Source: a virus
IMG/VR virus record: IMGVR_UViG_3300044846_005309
Coordinates: 55,784 to 119,783 of that record
Length of the DNA: 64,000 nucleotides
Reading direction: 5' to 3' (one strand)
Made by a program: the position numbers and the translations under genes. Under the pieces are notes generated by a model. The model worked only from the letters and a program-made list of their open reading frames with translations, was not told the DNA's origin and searched no databases. Positions 28,753 to 36,210 of the stretch are shown here, piece after piece (the first letter of the stretch is position 1; each line of letters begins with the position of its first letter).

Positions 28753-28984
28753 ATGTTTACTCGCGATAGCAATAACTATACTAGTTACTATAGTAGCGGT
28801 TTTTACAGTTAGCGGTAAGAAAGAGATTGGGGTATTTAACAGAGAAATCAAATGCCCTAATGCCGTTAAGAATGAATATGGTATCTTTTTAGCAAGTGGA
28901 GACTGCAAATGTTCAGAATGCTCGCCTAAAACAACTCCACCCACTCCTTTGAATGCGCCAGTTGTAAGCGATTCAAAATAATCT

Positions 28985-29062
28985 GGGGTGGTAGCTCAAT
29001 TGGTTAGTAGCGACAGCCTGTCACGCTGTAGGCTGCGGGTTCGAGTCCCGTCCATCCCGCCA
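28985..29062 (+). tRNA. tRNA-Asp(GUC)
   Basis: ACAGC-CT GTC AC-GCTGT, GCCA. Confidence 0.92.
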
Positions 29063-29068
29063 TTTTTT

Positions 29069-29143
29069 TGCCCAGTAGCTCAGTGGCAGAGCATGCGACT
29101 GTTAATCGCGTGGTCGTTGGTTCGATCCCAACTTGGGCAGCCA
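29069..29143 (+). tRNA. tRNA-Asn(GUU)
   Basis: TGCGA-CT GTT AA-TCGCG, GCCA. Confidence 0.92.
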
Positions 29144-29184
29144 TTTTAGTGGAAAATAGTGTAAGTATGAGTATATTATAGTCT

Positions 29185-29261
29185 CGGCCGTTAGCACAGC
29201 CTGGTAGTGCGTTCGCCTTGGGCGCGAAAGGTCGCAAGTTCGAGTCTTGCACGGCCGACCA
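29185..29261 (+). tRNA. tRNA-Pro(UGG)
   Basis: CGG start, TTCGC-CT TGG GC-GCGAA, ACCA. Confidence 0.9.
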
Positions 29262-29267
29262 TTTTAT

Positions 29268-29341
29268 TGACTCGTGGTGTAACGGTAGCACAAGAGACTT
29301 TGACTCTCTTTGTTGGGGTTCGAATCCCTACGAGTCAGCCA
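29268..29341 (+). tRNA. tRNA-Gln(UUG)
   Basis: AGAGA-CT TTG AC-TCTCT, GCCA. Confidence 0.92.
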
Positions 29342-29375
29342 TTTGAAAAATAAGTCTTTTTTGGTAAATGTTAGT

Positions 29376-29936
29376 ATGGAGCATTTTCATTATAAAATAC
29401 CCGGCTGGTTTACATTTCCTAAATTGTATTCCACTATGGTTGATAGATCTTTTTCAGGCTCTCATTTTGTAGAGGTTGGTACTTGGCAAGGCTCATCTGC
29501 TGCTTACATGGCTGTAGAAATTATTAACTCCGGTAAAAACATTAAATTTGATTGTATTGACATATGGGGTCGTTATTCAATTGACGGGCTTAATACTAAA
29601 ACCCCTGAGCTTTTACCGGATAATACCGTAGAACAACTTTTCTTAAAAAATATAGAACCAGTTAAACATATAATCAATCCAATAAAAACTCCATCTACTG
29701 AAGGGGCTAAGCTTTATAAAAATGAGTCTTTGGATTTTGTTTTTATTGATGCTAACCATGTTTATGAAGCTGTAAAAGACGATCTACATGCATGGTATAA
29801 TAAAGTTAAACCGGGCGGGTTTATTGCTGGTCATGACTATTATAATGATGCAGGTGTAAAGCGAGCTGTTGATGAATTTTTTAAAGATAAAAATTTGTAC
29901 TTAGGAGAAGGCTGCTGGTTATATTTTAAACAATGA
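29376..29936 (+). CDS. class I SAM methyltransferase (Methyltransf_24-like)
   Basis: VEVGTWQGSS, DFVFIDANHVYE, KVKPGGFIAGHDY. Confidence 0.85.
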   Translation: MEHFHYKIPGWFTFPKLYSTMVDRSFSGSHFVEVGTWQGSSAAYMAVEIINSGKNIKFDCIDIWGRYSIDGLNTKTPELLPDNTVEQLFLKNIEPVKHIINPIKTPSTEGAKLYKNESLDFVFIDANHVYEAVKDDLHAWYNKVKPGGFIAGHDYYNDAGVKRAVDEFFKDKNLYLGEGCWLYFKQ

Positions 29937-30592
29937 AATACGAGCATTTAAAACAGCAAGACGATTTTGTTTACACTGAAATTTTTGATTGGAATGTTTA
30001 TCAAGCGCTGCCTGATGAAATATATAATCAGAATATTTTAGATATAGGGGGTCATTATGGAATGTTTAGTTTATTCTGCAATGAATATAATCCTAAACAA
30101 ATTATCACAGTTGAAGCCAGCCCTATTAATTTTATTAAATTACTTAACAACACAAAAAATATACGTAATTTAAAAGCGATTAATGCTGCTGTTACAGTTA
30201 AAACTGGAGATTTTATTACTATTAGTAATGATGGATGCCAATCTCAAATTAATAAAGGCAACACTAACGTTAGTACGGTCTCATTAGTTGACGTAGTAAA
30301 CTGGTTTCCTGATAATGAAGATATAGTGCTAAAGATGGATATCGAAGGAGCAGAGTATCCTTTATTTTTTAATAGTCCTTCGTTTATTTTCAGACGTTTC
30401 AATAAAATTTATATTGAATTACATGAAGAAAGTATTGCGGGCCCGGGTAATTCTATTAAAAGACTCGACTCGTTTATACAAAAAGAGTTAAAATTTAAAT
30501 CTGTTTGGGAAGGGCGATTTTTTACTAATACAGATACCGGTAAACAGTCTAATAATGATATAGCTGTATTTAAATACGAACGAGCTTTATAA
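29933..30592 (+). CDS. FkbM-family methyltransferase
   Basis: LDIGGHYG, VEAS, LKMDIEGAE, IELH. Confidence 0.85.
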   Translation: MKYEHLKQQDDFVYTEIFDWNVYQALPDEIYNQNILDIGGHYGMFSLFCNEYNPKQIITVEASPINFIKLLNNTKNIRNLKAINAAVTVKTGDFITISNDGCQSQINKGNTNVSTVSLVDVVNWFPDNEDIVLKMDIEGAEYPLFFNSPSFIFRRFNKIYIELHEESIAGPGNSIKRLDSFIQKELKFKSVWEGRFFTNTDTGKQSNNDIAVFKYERAL

Positions 30593-30595
30593 ATT

Positions 30596-31210
30596 ATGAA
30601 TCCTTTGCTGTCTATTTTAGTTTGTACTATTAATAAACGAGCTTCTTTATTTGAGCGGTTAGATAAAAAAATTAGAAACCAGCTAACAATAGAAACCGAG
30701 TATTTAGTTAATTTAGATGACGGTAAATTGTCAATAGGAAATAAAAGAGAAGAATTAAAATTACAATCGACTGGTAAATATATAGTATATATAGATGATG
30801 ATGATCATATAAGCAAAAATTATGTAAAAAATATACTTTCTGTTATTAAAGGTCATGAGCCAGATGCAATAGGCATAAAATGCATATACACTGTAAATTT
30901 TAAACAAAAATCTTATTTTGTATCGACTAATAATACATCTGAATTAACTACTAAAGGTGTACATTGTAGACCTATAGGGCATTTAAACCCGGTAAAACGA
31001 GAAATAGCTATAAAAGCACCATTTCCAGATCTTTATTATGGAGAAGATAGAAAATATTCTAATGAAATAAAACCTCATATAAAAACAGAAGTTTTAGCGA
31101 AAAACACTCTTTATTGGTATGACTATAGGCCGAATAGTTCAGAGTCTATAAAAAAAGATATTGAAGTAAAAAGTTTAGGGCTAAAGTTAATTGAAAACAA
31201 TATTATATAG
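30596..31210 (+). CDS. GT2 glycosyltransferase
   Basis: LSILVCT, SIGNKR, YIDDDD, GED. Confidence 0.75.
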   Translation: MNPLLSILVCTINKRASLFERLDKKIRNQLTIETEYLVNLDDGKLSIGNKREELKLQSTGKYIVYIDDDDHISKNYVKNILSVIKGHEPDAIGIKCIYTVNFKQKSYFVSTNNTSELTTKGVHCRPIGHLNPVKREIAIKAPFPDLYYGEDRKYSNEIKPHIKTEVLAKNTLYWYDYRPNSSESIKKDIEVKSLGLKLIENNII

Positions 31211-31215
31211 TTTAC

Positions 31216-31290
31216 GCGTGAGTAGCTCAATGGTAGAGCACCTCGTTGCCAACGAGGATGTTGCAGGTTCGAGTCCTGTCTCACGCACCA
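31216..31290 (+). tRNA. tRNA-Gly(GCC)
   Basis: CCTCG-TT GCC AA-CGAGG, ACCA. Confidence 0.92.
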
Positions 31291-31300
31291 TTTTAAAAAT

Positions 31301-31996
31301 ATGCTTTATACAGTAATAATACCTACATACAATAAAATTGATAATTTAAAATATTGTATAGAGAGTATACAACAATATACCTCTTTAAATGATATTGAAA
31401 TTATTGTAATTTCTAACGGGTGTAAAGACGGCACAGTAGAGTACATGCAAAAACTAGAAGGGCCATTTAAAATTGTACATTGGCCTGAGCCGTTAGGGTA
31501 TATTAATAGTGTTAATATAGGGATAAGTCTTAGTAAGGGAAATTATATAGTTTTATTAAATAATGACACCATTCTAAATGGTAAAGGCTGGTTATCATAT
31601 TTAATAGATCCTTTTAATCAAATTTCAACCGCAGGCATTACTGGGCCATATAAAGGATATTGGAATAAGTACCCGTGGTTAATGTTTTTTTGTGTAGCAA
31701 TAAAAAGAGATGTATTTAAAAAAATCGGTTTGTTAGATATTAATTTTCACCCAGGCTACGGAGAAGATGTAGATTTTTGTATACGAGCTGGAAAAGCCGG
31801 GTTCACTATCCATCAAGTACCTGAACAGCGGCTAACACAAGATAAAAATATTAGTACATTAAAACATGGTAAATTTCCTATTTACCATGCAAGTAATACG
31901 ACTTTTAAAGACGATCCTTACTACAGTGATTATTTAACTAACTCTAAAGAACTACTCACTAAAAAGTACGGGTTAAGATGCTCCGAAGTTAGCTAA
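31301..31996 (+). CDS. GT2 glycosyltransferase
   Basis: VIIPTYN, LLNNDT, GYGEDVDFCIRA; paralogue of 62541-63233. Confidence 0.85.
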   Translation: MLYTVIIPTYNKIDNLKYCIESIQQYTSLNDIEIIVISNGCKDGTVEYMQKLEGPFKIVHWPEPLGYINSVNIGISLSKGNYIVLLNNDTILNGKGWLSYLIDPFNQISTAGITGPYKGYWNKYPWLMFFCVAIKRDVFKKIGLLDINFHPGYGEDVDFCIRAGKAGFTIHQVPEQRLTQDKNISTLKHGKFPIYHASNTTFKDDPYYSDYLTNSKELLTKKYGLRCSEVS

Positions 31997-32031
31997 TTTA
32001 CCTATTAAAGCACTATTATTTAAAATAAAGC

Positions 32032-32074
32032 TTGAGGTTTAAGATTAAAGTACTACTATATGTCTTGTTCTTTT
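32032..32074 (+). promoter_or_regulatory. tRNA sub-cluster promoter with boxA-like element
   Basis: TTGAGG-16 bp (GTAC)-TACTAT, then TGTTCTTTT. Confidence 0.6.
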
Positions 32075-32093
32075 GATACTTAAACAATTTTTT

Positions 32094-32187
32094 GGTCCCA
32101 TAGTGTAACTGGAAGCACCGACAGCCTTATAAACTGTGCGCACCTGATTAGTGCCGAGCGGGGGTTCGATTCCCTCTGGGACTACCA
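32094..32187 (+). tRNA. tRNA-Ile(UAU) with long variable arm
   Basis: ACAGC-CT TAT AA-ACTGT, ~20-nt variable arm (GCAC/GTGC stem), ACCA. Confidence 0.8.
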
Positions 32188-32191
32188 TTTT

Positions 32192-32267
32192 GCGGTAGTA
32201 GCTCAATTGGTAGAGCGCCATCCTTCCAAGCTGGATGTTGCAGGTTCGAGCCCTGTCTACCGCACCA
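32192..32267 (+). tRNA. tRNA-Gly(UCC)
   Basis: CT TCC AA anticodon loop, GTTCGAGCC, ACCA. Confidence 0.9.
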
Positions 32268-32268
32268 T

Positions 32269-32343
32269 GCTCCCGTCGTTCAACGGATAGGACAACCGCC
32301 TTCTAAGCAGTTTATGGGGGTTCGATTCCCTCCGGGAGTGCCA
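32269..32343 (+). tRNA. tRNA-Arg(UCU)
   Basis: CT TCT AA anticodon loop, GTTCGATTC, GCCA. Confidence 0.9.
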
Positions 32344-32351
32344 TTTTTATC

Positions 32352-32394
32352 TTGACTTTTGGTACAAAAGTACCATTATATATTTTGTTCTTTT
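32352..32394 (+). promoter_or_regulatory. tRNA sub-cluster promoter with boxA-like element
   Basis: TTGACT-16 bp (GTAC)-CATTAT, then TGTTCTTTT. Confidence 0.65.
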
Positions 32395-32400
32395 ATTGAC

Positions 32401-32476
32401 GGGCCTGTAGCACAATTGGCGGTGCGCCTCCTTTGCAAGGAGAGGGTTAGGGGTTCAAATCCCCTCTGGTCCACCA
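32401..32476 (+). tRNA. tRNA-Ala(UGC)
   Basis: G3:U70 pair, CTCC-TT TGC AA-GGAG, ACCA. Confidence 0.9.
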
Positions 32477-32558
32477 TTTTCGTACGAAAAAGCCACCAGT
32501 CTAATTAACTGTCCTACCAGCCGTGGCAATTCTCTATGGTAGGGAAGAGACCATTTTC

Positions 32559-32634
32559 GCCTCTATAGCTCAACGGTTAGAGCTGCTGCCTTTTAAGCAG
32601 TAGGTTCAGAGTTCAAATCTCTGTGGAGGCACCA
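32559..32634 (+). tRNA. tRNA-Lys(UUU)
   Basis: GCTGC-CT TTT AA-GCAGT, ACCA. Confidence 0.92.
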
Positions 32635-32655
32635 ATTTTCGTTCTTTAATATTTT

Positions 32656-33059
32656 GGGCGTGTTCTGGATTCTACTTAATAGTGGACTTATTAGAAGCAA
32701 GCAAGGTTGTTAGACCTTATAAAACTAGCAAAAAACATAAATGGCATTGTAAATAGCCTTAAGGGTGCTTTTGCTGCTCCGGTTGCTGCTCTCGCAGCAT
32801 TCTTCAGCACAGAAGAACTCCAATTCGCAGCCTAAGAATTGCGATCGTTATAGTATAGATTCTCGCTATATATTATAACGTTGACTAGCGAGGATGTTGT
32901 TTGAGGTACTTGGAATAAATAAAACAACATTAAAGCTGTTCCTAAAGTACTATACATTGCGTATTAACAGTGTTAAGTACTTATATATTAATACTAAGCT
33001 TGTAGAAACTAGTCGGAAAAGTATTAGGCACGCGGGTTCGACTCCCGCCACGTCCACCA
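32656..33059 (+). ncRNA. ssrA: tmRNA
   Basis: 5' GGGCGTG..GGATTC; 3' GCGGGTTCGACTCCCGCCACGTCCACCA with G3:U70 Ala acceptor; internal tag ORF 32743-32835 ending ...LQFAA*. Confidence 0.9.
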
Positions 33060-33069
33060 ATTTGTATAT

Positions 33070-33147
33070 AGGGTCATAGCTTAATTGGTTCAAAGCATCC
33101 GATTGATAATCGGAAGAGTCCTGGTTCAATTCCTGGTGGCCCTACCA
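33070..33147 (+). tRNA. tRNA-Ile(GAU)
   Basis: TCCGA-TT GAT AA-TCGGA, ACCA. Confidence 0.9.
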
Positions 33148-33148
33148 T

Positions 33149-33224
33149 AGGAGGGTGGATCGATAGGTAAGACAGGAGTTTCATAAGCTCTTTCATATGG
33201 GTTCAAATCCCATCCCTCCTACCA
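33149..33224 (+). tRNA. tRNA-Met(CAU), elongator (Ile2 not excluded)
   Basis: GGAGT-TT CAT AA-GCTCT, ACCA. Confidence 0.8.
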
Positions 33225-33263
33225 ATTTAATTGCATTTTATTTAGTAACTATTAAGTTTAATT

Positions 33264-33791
33264 ATGAGTCTCAAAGAATTAACTAAAGCAAAGCATGAGA
33301 CAGCTGAAAAGCTGCCTTTTATAAATAAAATTTTTCAGAAAAAAGTTACCCCAGAAGAGTACCTTAAATATCTTTATCAGATGCAGCCGGTTTACGAAGC
33401 TTTAGAAAATAAAGCTAAAGCTTTAGGTATTCTTAATGATCTTAAGGGTTTAGAGCGCGCATCTCGAATACAAGAAGATATTAACGAGCTACAAGAAACT
33501 ACCTCTCTTAAGTACTATATGCATTTTCCTGTGACAGATGAATATTTAAATTATTTAAAACAAATGTCAGACCCTAAAAAAGTCCTGGCTCATTTATATG
33601 TTAGACATATGGGAGATCTTTATGGTGGTCAAATGCTTAGACTGTGTGTACCTGGTTCAGCCAAGTGGTACTGGTTTGATAACGCCCCAGAACTTATCTC
33701 TAAGTTGAGAGGCTTAATTACAGTAGATCTTGCAGATGAAGCTAATGTAGCCTTTGATTATTCAATTAAAATAATTGAACAATTGTCTTGA
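33264..33791 (+). CDS. heme oxygenase (HemO/Ho1-like)
   Basis: LKELTKAKHETAE (proximal His), YEALE, AHLYVRHMGDLYGGQ, EANVAF. Confidence 0.9.
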   Translation: MSLKELTKAKHETAEKLPFINKIFQKKVTPEEYLKYLYQMQPVYEALENKAKALGILNDLKGLERASRIQEDINELQETTSLKYYMHFPVTDEYLNYLKQMSDPKKVLAHLYVRHMGDLYGGQMLRLCVPGSAKWYWFDNAPELISKLRGLITVDLADEANVAFDYSIKIIEQLS

Positions 33792-33830
33792 CTTTAAAGG
33801 GCCGGGTACCATAATAGTCTTTGTTCTTTT
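33788..33830 (+). promoter_or_regulatory. tRNA sub-cluster promoter with boxA-like element
   Basis: TTGACT-16 bp (GTAC)-CATAAT, then TGTTCTTTT. Confidence 0.65.
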
Positions 33831-33837
33831 AAATAAC

Positions 33838-33914
33838 GCTCGCTTAGCTCAGTTGGTTAGAGCAGGATCTTTACATGGTCAAGGTCGTGGGTTCAAGTCC
33901 TACAGCGAGCACCA
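33838..33914 (+). tRNA. tRNA-Val(UAC)
   Basis: GATC-TT TAC AT-GGTC, ACCA. Confidence 0.9.
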
Positions 33915-33918
33915 TTTT

Positions 33919-34163
33919 CGAAACTCGACTAGGCGAGTATAAATAGAATTTAAGCCTAGTGCGGCTGCTGATACCGTCGACGCTACCAGCAGCATATCGT
34001 CTCGCGTCAGTGACAGTGCACAGTCATAAAGTGTTCCTAGTATAGCCGCTTTCATGGATATATTATACATGCTGATCATAGAAAGAGTGACAAAAACATA
34101 TATGTATTTGCGAAGTATATGTACAAATCACCGCCTATAGCAATAGGGCTAGCGAGACACCCC
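33919..34163 (+). ncRNA. unidentified structured RNA between tRNA-Val and tRNA-fMet
   Basis: No long ORF; stems ACTAGGC/GCCTAGT, GCTGCTG/CAGCAGC and long-range GTCTCGC/GCGAGAC. Confidence 0.45.
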
Positions 34164-34169
34164 TTTTCT

Positions 34170-34245
34170 TGCAGAGTGGAGCAGTAGTAGCTCGACTGGC
34201 TCATAACCAGTAGGTCGACGTGTGCAATTCCGTCCTCTGCATCCA
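34170..34245 (+). tRNA. tRNA-Met(CAU), initiator-like
   Basis: GTGGAGCAGT D-arm, ACTGG-CT CAT AA-CCAGT, atypical T-loop, CCA. Confidence 0.75.
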
Positions 34246-34251
34246 ATTTAT

Positions 34252-34326
34252 GCCGCTATCTTCTAACGGTTAGGAAGGCGCCCTTTCACGGCGATAATCG
34301 GGGTTCGATTCCCCGTAGCGGTACCA
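34252..34326 (+). tRNA. tRNA-Glu(UUC)
   Basis: CGCC-CT TTC AC-GGCG, ACCA. Confidence 0.9.
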
Positions 34327-34346
34327 ATTTCTAATAAACTTATTGA

Positions 34347-35162
34347 TCAAACCGGGTTAACTGGAAGTTCTGGGTTATCATATGATAACGGTTTCCATTC
34401 AGGGTAAACAAATATGTCCCCATGCCATGCAAAAGTATTGCGCCGGTCATTATAATATACGTTTGTAGCGTTACTTAATACTCCTACCCACCAACAATAC
34501 GTACCTTCACTTAGTACTAAATTGTTAAAATTTTTTCCAAAATTAAGGGTTTCAACAGGAACGTCTGACGTATAAAGTTTAAGCTTATATTTTTCTAAAA
34601 GAAATTGTACGTCAGGGTGTTGCAGGCTATCTGAAGTAATGTACCCGCCGTGACAACCACTTTGATAAAGCCTCTCTATAGCATCTACGTAGTACTGCAA
34701 AGGTAAACGCTGCCTTCTTTTAGCTACGTCCCCTAGACGAAAAATAACAAATATTTCATTATCGGGTCTTGGGATATAAGTTAAATTAAACATATCTTTT
34801 ATTTGATTTTTATACGGTAAAACAAAATCTTTTAATTGAAAATAATCTTGAAAATGATATTGAGCGTCCGTTACATAGGCTCTATTCAACAATTCAACAA
34901 AATTTAAATCATGTATAGGGATATAAGGTAATTCAAATTTACGCGTAGTTTCTAGAGGGCTAGATTTTACAGATGACCATGCTTCGTTGAACCCGGTAGT
35001 TATTGGCTGCGGCTTATCCGGACTTAAAGGAAAGTGAGGCAACAAAGGATCTACGTTAAAATATAAATTATGTTTTTTAGCAAATACGTAAGCAGCGGTA
35101 TACATTAACAAACAATTGCCTAAACGATTTCCCCATCCATATTCTATCGTTACCATATCCAT
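34347..35162 (-). CDS. GT11-like glycosyltransferase
   Basis: NRLGN, DYFQ, FRLGD, TSD, SEGTYCWW. Confidence 0.7.
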   Translation of the reverse strand: MDMVTIEYGWGNRLGNCLLMYTAAYVFAKKHNLYFNVDPLLPHFPLSPDKPQPITTGFNEAWSSVKSSPLETTRKFELPYIPIHDLNFVELLNRAYVTDAQYHFQDYFQLKDFVLPYKNQIKDMFNLTYIPRPDNEIFVIFRLGDVAKRRQRLPLQYYVDAIERLYQSGCHGGYITSDSLQHPDVQFLLEKYKLKLYTSDVPVETLNFGKNFNNLVLSEGTYCWWVGVLSNATNVYYNDRRNTFAWHGDIFVYPEWKPLSYDNPELPVNPV

Positions 35163-35212
35163 ATTGATACTGGTAAGTTGATAATTCCATAAAGTATTAT
35201 AAATTTAATTGT

Positions 35213-35935
35213 ATGAAGAAACTAATCGCATTCATTACCTTGGCTGTATTTGCCAGTGTAGGTTTTGCTGCTCCTGCGCCTAGCGTAGTTAGCGGCGGAA
35301 TCGACCTCGGCTTTAAATCCAAGCTCATTGAACAGGGTAAAGTAACCGGCACCAATTATATTGTTGCTGGTGCAAACGTTGAAGTAGCAAGCTTTGGGCT
35401 TGGCGTTACAACTTATAACGCTTATGAGGGTTCAACCGCAACTGGTATCAGTTCCGGACTCTTTAAGCGTGTAGATGTAGCAGCAACCTATAAGTTTACT
35501 TCTACTCTTGCTGACTTGCACCTTGGTGCTACCTATAGAAATGCTAGTAAGAACGCTAGTCTTGCTAATGTGCGCGACAACGTACTTCCGTCTGTCAAGC
35601 TCAGTGGTAAAGTGTTCGGGACATTTCCTTGGGACGTAACACTGCTCAATGACACTAAGAATCGTAGCAACAACTACGAAGGCAATATCAAGCTACCGCT
35701 TGGTACTAAGGCCTTTAAGGTTGTACCTGCTGTTGGAGTAGGTTTTAACGATCCGGGCACTGCCACTATTGCAGCGCTTAGAAGCGTTAAGAAGTACTAC
35801 AATGGTGGTCTCGGTGTAGCGTATGTTATTGCCGGTGGTACCTTTAGCGTGAATGGATATGTCCAGCGCGTTAATCTTACCGATAATTACGGACAGGTAA
35901 CTGGCTACGACGCAGGCTATAGCTTTAGATTCTAA
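35213..35935 (+). CDS. outer-membrane beta-barrel protein
   Basis: Signal peptide, alternating beta-strand pattern, C-terminal AGYSFRF beta-signal. Confidence 0.75.
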   Translation: MKKLIAFITLAVFASVGFAAPAPSVVSGGIDLGFKSKLIEQGKVTGTNYIVAGANVEVASFGLGVTTYNAYEGSTATGISSGLFKRVDVAATYKFTSTLADLHLGATYRNASKNASLANVRDNVLPSVKLSGKVFGTFPWDVTLLNDTKNRSNNYEGNIKLPLGTKAFKVVPAVGVGFNDPGTATIAALRSVKKYYNGGLGVAYVIAGGTFSVNGYVQRVNLTDNYGQVTGYDAGYSFRF

Positions 35936-35958
35936 AAGCTATTTTAGTGTAGTAATTG

Positions 35959-35985
35959 ACCCCTCGCGAAAGTGAGGGGTTTTTT
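35959..35985 (+). terminator. intrinsic terminator
   Basis: ACCCCTCGC-GAAA-GTGAGGGGT followed by a T-run. Confidence 0.8.
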
Positions 35986-36184
35986 ATTCTTCGATATGAA
36001 ACTGTAAAGCTCTATTAAGTTTTTGAGCAAACTTCTTTTTATCTATTCCCGCTTTTTCCTGTTTTCTGATCTCTTCTTTTAAAGCTTTTATAAAAGTTTC
36101 TGAAAGATTAAAATTTCTAGGATAGAACAGGCGTTGTTCTTTTTTTAACATACCATATTGCTCCATTAACTCTTGAAATTTCAT
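35984..36184 (-). CDS. hypothetical protein
   Basis: MKFQELMEQY... ORF with TAAGTA upstream. Confidence 0.5.
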   Translation of the reverse strand: MKFQELMEQYGMLKKEQRLFYPRNFNLSETFIKALKEEIRKQEKAGIDKKKFAQKLNRALQFHIEE

Positions 36185-36210
36185 AAACGTATTATACAAT
36201 ACTTATCGTT

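Noticed and set aside
28556-28981. 141-aa ORF overlapping the PEP-CTERM gene
   Set aside because: The 5' half is an off-frame reading of the repeat; the 3' half may be a real small membrane gene but has no clear in-frame start
29004-29375. ORF 29004-29291(-) and the N-terminal extension of 29310-29936
   Set aside because: They overlap the Asp/Asn/Pro/Gln tRNAs; the methyltransferase start at 29376 is more plausible
32894-33079. 61-aa ORF
   Set aside because: Lies inside the tmRNA 3' half
25132-34326. Complete 20-amino-acid tRNA set
   Set aside because: I could not find a tRNA-Phe in the window; 23 tRNAs cover 19 amino acids
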